Shown: one piece after another, positions 60,091-64,000 of the stretch
Layout of the letters: each line of letters starts with the position of its first letter
How positions within the stretch are numbered: the first letter of the stretch is position 1
Assembly (NCBI GenBank): GCA_040767085.1
Contig: JAXGPF010000004.1
Coordinates: forward strand, 96,001 to 160,000
Direction: 5' to 3'
Source of the DNA: Kiritimatiellia bacterium
Lineage (GTDB): Bacteria; Verrucomicrobiota; Kiritimatiellia; JAAZAB01
DNA length: 64,000 nt
Translations under genes and position numbers: made by a program
Notes under the pieces: generated by a model
Database searches by the model: none
The model's input: the letters and a program-made list of their open reading frames with translations, nothing else
What the model was told of the DNA's origin: nothing

Positions 60091-60144
60091 TCTGGCCCAC
60101 CCTCTGGCCACAGGTTAGCCTGATAATACTGTTCGAACAACACC

Positions 60145-61470
60145 ATGAGAACACAGCAAGCAGTGCCATACGTCACAGAACCTGGACGCCGGACTCCAAT
60201 CGCGGGCGAAGTCGACGTGGTCGTTGCCGGTGGTGGCCCGGCTGGGATCGCGGCAGCGTTGGCGGCTGCGCGCAGCGGTGCCGGGGTGAAGATGCTTGAA
60301 ACGCGCGGGTGCCTTGGCGGCGTCTGGACGGCAGGACTTCTCACCTGGATGTTCGAAATGGACCAACCCGGCATTCCCCTGGAGATCACGCAACGGCTCG
60401 ATGCGCTGGGAGCACGAAGGGGCGTTCTTCCTTCCATGTACTCGTACGATCCCGAAACCATGAAGCAACTGCTTGAGAACATGTGTTCCGAGGCGGGTAT
60501 CGGGATTCAACTCCACACCCGCGTTGCGGGTGTTATCGCCGATGGCGAGCGACTGTCCGCGGTGCTGACGGAGTCGAAGTCGGGCCGACAGGCGTGGCGC
60601 GCGGCGGTCTTTGTGGATGCCACCGGGGATGGTGACCTGGCCGCGCTTGCCGGCTGCACGTATGACATGGGAAGGGCCCCCTCCGGCGAATGCCAACCCA
60701 TGACGTACATGGCATTGGCAACGGTTCCGGATGCCGAGCGGCTCTCTCCCTTCATCTCCGGCGGAGATCTTTCGCATCACCTGGAGGCCGTCGGCCGGTT
60801 TCTCGCAGAAATCCGGAGGGCCGGAATAGAACCTTCCTATGCTCGGCCGACGCTCTTCCAGATTCGCGGCGAACTTTTGGCCGTCATGGTGAACCACGAG
60901 TATGGCGTCTCGGCGACCGATGCCGACGCAATCACGCGGGCGACGATCCGCGGCAGGGAGGAAGTGAACCGGATTGTCCACGGTCTGCGCAAACTAGGCG
61001 GCGCATGGTCCGACATGCATCTCGTGGCGACGTGCGAGCATATCGGCGTTCGCGAAGGGCGCCGCATCCACGGCCTCTACACCGTCACGGAGGATGACTT
61101 GGCCGCCGGTCGGAGGCAGGTGGACGCCGTCTGCCGCGTCAGGTTCGGAGTCGACGTCCACTCCACGAACCCCGCCGCCGGCAAGGGACAGGAGAGGTCT
61201 CCTTTCAAGATGAAGCCGTACGATGTTCCCATGAGGGCTCTCGTCGCGAAGGAAGTGTCCAATCTCCTTCTCGCCGGGCGCTGCATCAGCGGGGATTTCA
61301 TCGCCCACTCGAGTTATCGCGTCACGGGGACAGCGGCTGCCACTGGTCAGGCAGCGGGAGCGGCGGCGGCGCTGTCTGCACGAATGGGCAAGTCACCGGC
61401 GGAGTTGCCGTGGGCCGATATCTCGGAGCTGCTCCAGAAGACGGTGCGCTTCGAACCAGGGCGTCCATGA
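60145..61470 (+). CDS. FAD-dependent oxidoreductase (cassette)
   Basis: VVVAGGGPAG, FVDATGDGD and LLLAGRCIS motifs; cassette starts GTTCGAA (60131) and ends with the complementary TTCGAAC (61450). Confidence 0.9.
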   Translation: MRTQQAVPYVTEPGRRTPIAGEVDVVVAGGGPAGIAAALAAARSGAGVKMLETRGCLGGVWTAGLLTWMFEMDQPGIPLEITQRLDALGARRGVLPSMYSYDPETMKQLLENMCSEAGIGIQLHTRVAGVIADGERLSAVLTESKSGRQAWRAAVFVDATGDGDLAALAGCTYDMGRAPSGECQPMTYMALATVPDAERLSPFISGGDLSHHLEAVGRFLAEIRRAGIEPSYARPTLFQIRGELLAVMVNHEYGVSATDADAITRATIRGREEVNRIVHGLRKLGGAWSDMHLVATCEHIGVREGRRIHGLYTVTEDDLAAGRRQVDAVCRVRFGVDVHSTNPAAGKGQERSPFKMKPYDVPMRALVAKEVSNLLLAGRCISGDFIAHSSYRVTGTAAATGQAAGAAAALSARMGKSPAELPWADISELLQKTVRFEPGRP

Positions 61471-61823
61471 TACCTTCGACCCGCGGACGGATGTTTTCGT
61501 ATGACAGGGATAGTTGCCACCGAAACCACCGCCGATATACGCTCTGCAGCTACCATTTCAACGAGGGTCACGAAGGGGGTTGGAAGAGATGCCCGAAATG
61601 CCGGAGCGAATTTGAACCCGAAATGGTCGCGTGGTATGGCACCAATGAATACAACTTTGAGAAGATGCCCGATCCTCCACCATACGATCCGACGAAATGC
61701 TCGCGCTGTGGTGTCATCATCAACCTCGGCCCCGATGGCTACACCAGATCAGGCGATGAGTATTGGTGCAAATCATGTGCAGCGGAAGAGAGGAAGAAAA
61801 ATATGCGTCGAACCAGTGTCTGA
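61467..61823 (+). pseudogene. Probable 5'-truncated cassette gene encoding a Cys/His-rich zinc-binding domain
   Basis: CHRNH...C..H...H, CPKC, CSRC and CKSC; follows an incomplete attC and ends in an attC. Confidence 0.55.
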
Positions 61824-61865
61824 ACGGTACGGCGGAAGCCGCCCCCCGTTAGGCGCACGTTGGTC
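61807..61865 (+). other. attC-like site (59 bp)
   Basis: GTCGAAC...CTGAACGG...GGCGGAAGCC...CCGTTAGG...GTTGGTC. Confidence 0.78.
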
Positions 61866-61883
61866 CAGGACGTAAAGGTGGTA

Positions 61884-62041
61884 AAGGTGTCAGTCAAGGT
61901 GTCGGTTAAGAATTCTTGTAGTTTCCGCCCGGTCAACCAAGAAACATAAAAACACATTGCGTTTTAATCCAGGAATCGCCTATCATCCGGCATAGATTGA
62001 AATTCCGGCCGAGATTACCTTGGAGAATTTCCGAACCGACC
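61884..62041 (+). promoter_or_regulatory. Conserved array head element with promoter (copy 2)
   Basis: Matches the reverse complement of 13509-13660; contains TTGCGT-18 nt-TATCAT. Confidence 0.72.
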
Positions 62042-62071
62042 TGCCACAAGAAGAGAGAAAGGGATATCGAC

Positions 62072-62422
62072 ATGAGTGGTTCTCGAAAACGGTTTATCGT
62101 GCCAGTCTCTGTAATTCTACTGGGCGTCACCTGGTTGCTGAACGTACTGAAGATCCTTCCAGGCGTGGACTGGATATGGACGGCAGGACTCGCTGCCGTA
62201 GGCATTCTGACCTTGGCGCTGGGTGGCATCAATAAACTGACCGCCGTGATCGGGCCATTCTTGATGGTCGCCTCGGTCTCCTCAATTCTCCGGCAGACAG
62301 GAAGACTGGAGATTGATCGGGAGGTCCCGATCTTGACCATCGTCCTGGGATGTCTTCTTCTACTCGTGCAGCTACTGAACATCCCATTGCCAGAATTGCT
62401 CAGGCCAGAAGATGAGAAATGA
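62072..62422 (+). CDS. Small four-TM membrane protein (cassette)
   Basis: Hydrophobic 116-aa ORF with purine-rich RBS; followed by an attC-like site. Confidence 0.75.
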   Translation: MSGSRKRFIVPVSVILLGVTWLLNVLKILPGVDWIWTAGLAAVGILTLALGGINKLTAVIGPFLMVASVSSILRQTGRLEIDREVPILTIVLGCLLLLVQLLNIPLPELLRPEDEK

Positions 62423-62426
62423 TTCG

Positions 62427-62564
62427 GCAGAATACGGCGTCGCACGGTACGCTCGCAAACTCGTCCCCCATGAACGCATATTGGTTTTTAAGAGAAGACG
62501 GCACAACCAGCCGTCCCACCCTATCGCCGTGAAGCCAGGCTCAGGCTGAACGGCAACGTTGGTC
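62427..62564 (+). other. Two back-to-back attC-like sites
   Basis: Degenerate GCAGAAT...ATTGGTT (62427-62486), then GCACAAC...GTTGGTC (62501-62564). Confidence 0.65.
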
Positions 62565-62575
62565 CAGGAGAAGAC

Positions 62576-63304
62576 ATGACGAAGCATATTGGGATTGTCG
62601 CATGCAGCGCTGAAGGGGCCGCCTTGTGCTATCGGACTCTGTGCAAAGAAGCGCCCGCACTTATGGGCGAGCACATGCATCCTGAAGTCTCGATGCACAC
62701 CCATCCTCTTGGCGAATACATGGTTCATATCCGATCGGGCAACTGGCCCAAAGTGGCAGAACTGATACTGTCATCCGTGACCAAACTAGCGGAAATCGGC
62801 GCCAAGTTTGCCGTTTGTCCGGACAACACGATCCATCAGGCTTTTCACATCGTTGTGGCACAGTCGCCCATCCCCTGGCTCCACATTGCCGGGGCGGTCG
62901 CCGCCGAGGCAAGCGCCCGGAGGCTCAAGACGCTTGCCGTAACCGGAACGAAGTACCTGATGACGGGCCCCGTATATCCAGACACACTGGCCGAGTTCGG
63001 GCTGACCGTCCAGATCCCGGACGAACGTGACCGAGAACGGATTGATACCATCATTTTTAAGGAACTCGTCAACGGGCTGTTCACCGAGGAATCCCGGATG
63101 TACTTCAACACCGTCGTCCAGAGGATGAAGGATCGCGGATGCGATGCGGTAGTGTTGGGGTGCACGGAAATCCCACTACTCGTTGACCCGAACGACTGTC
63201 CATTGCCGATACTCGATTCGACCCGCCTTCTGGCTCGTGCCGCGCTGCGGGAAGCAATGAAAGAGGACCAACCATCTGGTTCAGGCGACGCTTTGCAGCG
63301 CTGA
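62576..63304 (+). CDS. Aspartate/glutamate racemase family protein (cassette)
   Basis: CPDNTIH and VVLGCTEIP catalytic Cys motifs; cassette starts GTTGGTC and ends with the complementary GACCAAC (63266). Confidence 0.9.
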   Translation: MTKHIGIVACSAEGAALCYRTLCKEAPALMGEHMHPEVSMHTHPLGEYMVHIRSGNWPKVAELILSSVTKLAEIGAKFAVCPDNTIHQAFHIVVAQSPIPWLHIAGAVAAEASARRLKTLAVTGTKYLMTGPVYPDTLAEFGLTVQIPDERDRERIDTIIFKELVNGLFTEESRMYFNTVVQRMKDRGCDAVVLGCTEIPLLVDPNDCPLPILDSTRLLARAALREAMKEDQPSGSGDALQR

Positions 63305-63589
63305 CCTTCCCCCTTGATCCATCCGCTAAGAGAGTCCAACAGAGAGCATCATAGACCCGTTTTTTCGGTTGTCCGCCCCTCTTTGTGCTTCCATACCGGC
63401 CCCTTGGGAGGGAGGGGGGATCGAACTATCGCCCTCAGGCTATCGGCGACCCGTGGTCGCGGCGCCGCGGGGCGCGCCCGCCGGGTGCTTCCTGCTTGAC
63501 TTTTGGCCAGCGTTGTTTTAAAAATTCCTGCATCAGTTTAACGTAAAGCGCGCCAGCAGGCGCGTCCACAACACCAGGGGTAAAAAGGC

Positions 63590-64000
63590 ATGAACAAGAT
63601 GCATCCATACAGCAACCGGTTGATAGCGCTGGCGCTCGCCGCCGGCATGGCCAGCCTGAGCGGTTGCGCGATGTTCCGCATGAAAGTCACCGACACGGAT
63701 GTGGAGGAAATGCCCACGCTGGACGCCCGCTACGGCGCCCAGGACCTGCGCAAGTTGAGCCAGGATGTGGCCGACGAACTGGCCGCCAGCCCGTTCATCC
63801 AGGAGCAGTCCGGCAATCCCGTCATGATCATTTACGGCATCCAGCCGCGCACCACCACCTTCGTGGACACCCAGGCGCTGACCGACCGGATTAAAACCAC
63901 GCTCCTGCGCAACTCGCGTGTGCAATTCGTCAACGAAGCCCGGCGCGACCAATTGCTCAAGGAACAGGGCTACCAGGCCGCGCAGGCCACCGACGAGTCC
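63590..64000 (+). CDS. LpoB/YcfM-like lipoprotein (runs off right edge)
   Basis: Manual translation: lipobox LSGC, DLRKLSQDVADEL, VDTQALTDRIKTTL and VQFVN. Confidence 0.7.
   Translation, partial: MNKMHPYSNRLIALALAAGMASLSGCAMFRMKVTDTDVEEMPTLDARYGAQDLRKLSQDVADELAASPFIQEQSGNPVMIIYGIQPRTTTFVDTQALTDRIKTTLLRNSRVQFVNEARRDQLLKEQGYQAAQATDES

Overview
GC-rich chromosomal window from a PVC-superphylum bacterium, probably Kiritimatiellae/Lentisphaerae-like. This is inferred from the PVC small basic protein, long GreA, split coaB/coaC and absence of rpoZ after gmk. The housekeeping backbone comprises prfB-dnaX-ybaB-recR-tgt-yajC-secDF-recJ, trpR-trpB2, tkt-murA-gspF-pseudopilins, aminotransferase-yicC-gmk-coaC-coaB-tRNA-fMet and greA. 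Accessory content includes a MacAB-TolC-like efflux operon, large secreted carbohydrate-enzyme-like proteins, one IS1380 copy, two apparently identical IS1202-type copies with 16-bp target duplications, and several REP families. The most notable features are two integrase-less arrays of integron-type gene cassettes (about 9.8-13.5 kb minus, about 60.1-63.3 kb plus). The arrays share a ~155-bp promoter-bearing head element. One array begins right after an internally deleted RAYT (HUH/Y1 transposase)-like element with 21-bp inverted termini, and many junctions carry short duplications. A ~30-bp mini-palindrome also appears inserted into the loops of other hairpins (a REP and tRNA 5' fragments). 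All calls were made by eye; no database searches were run.
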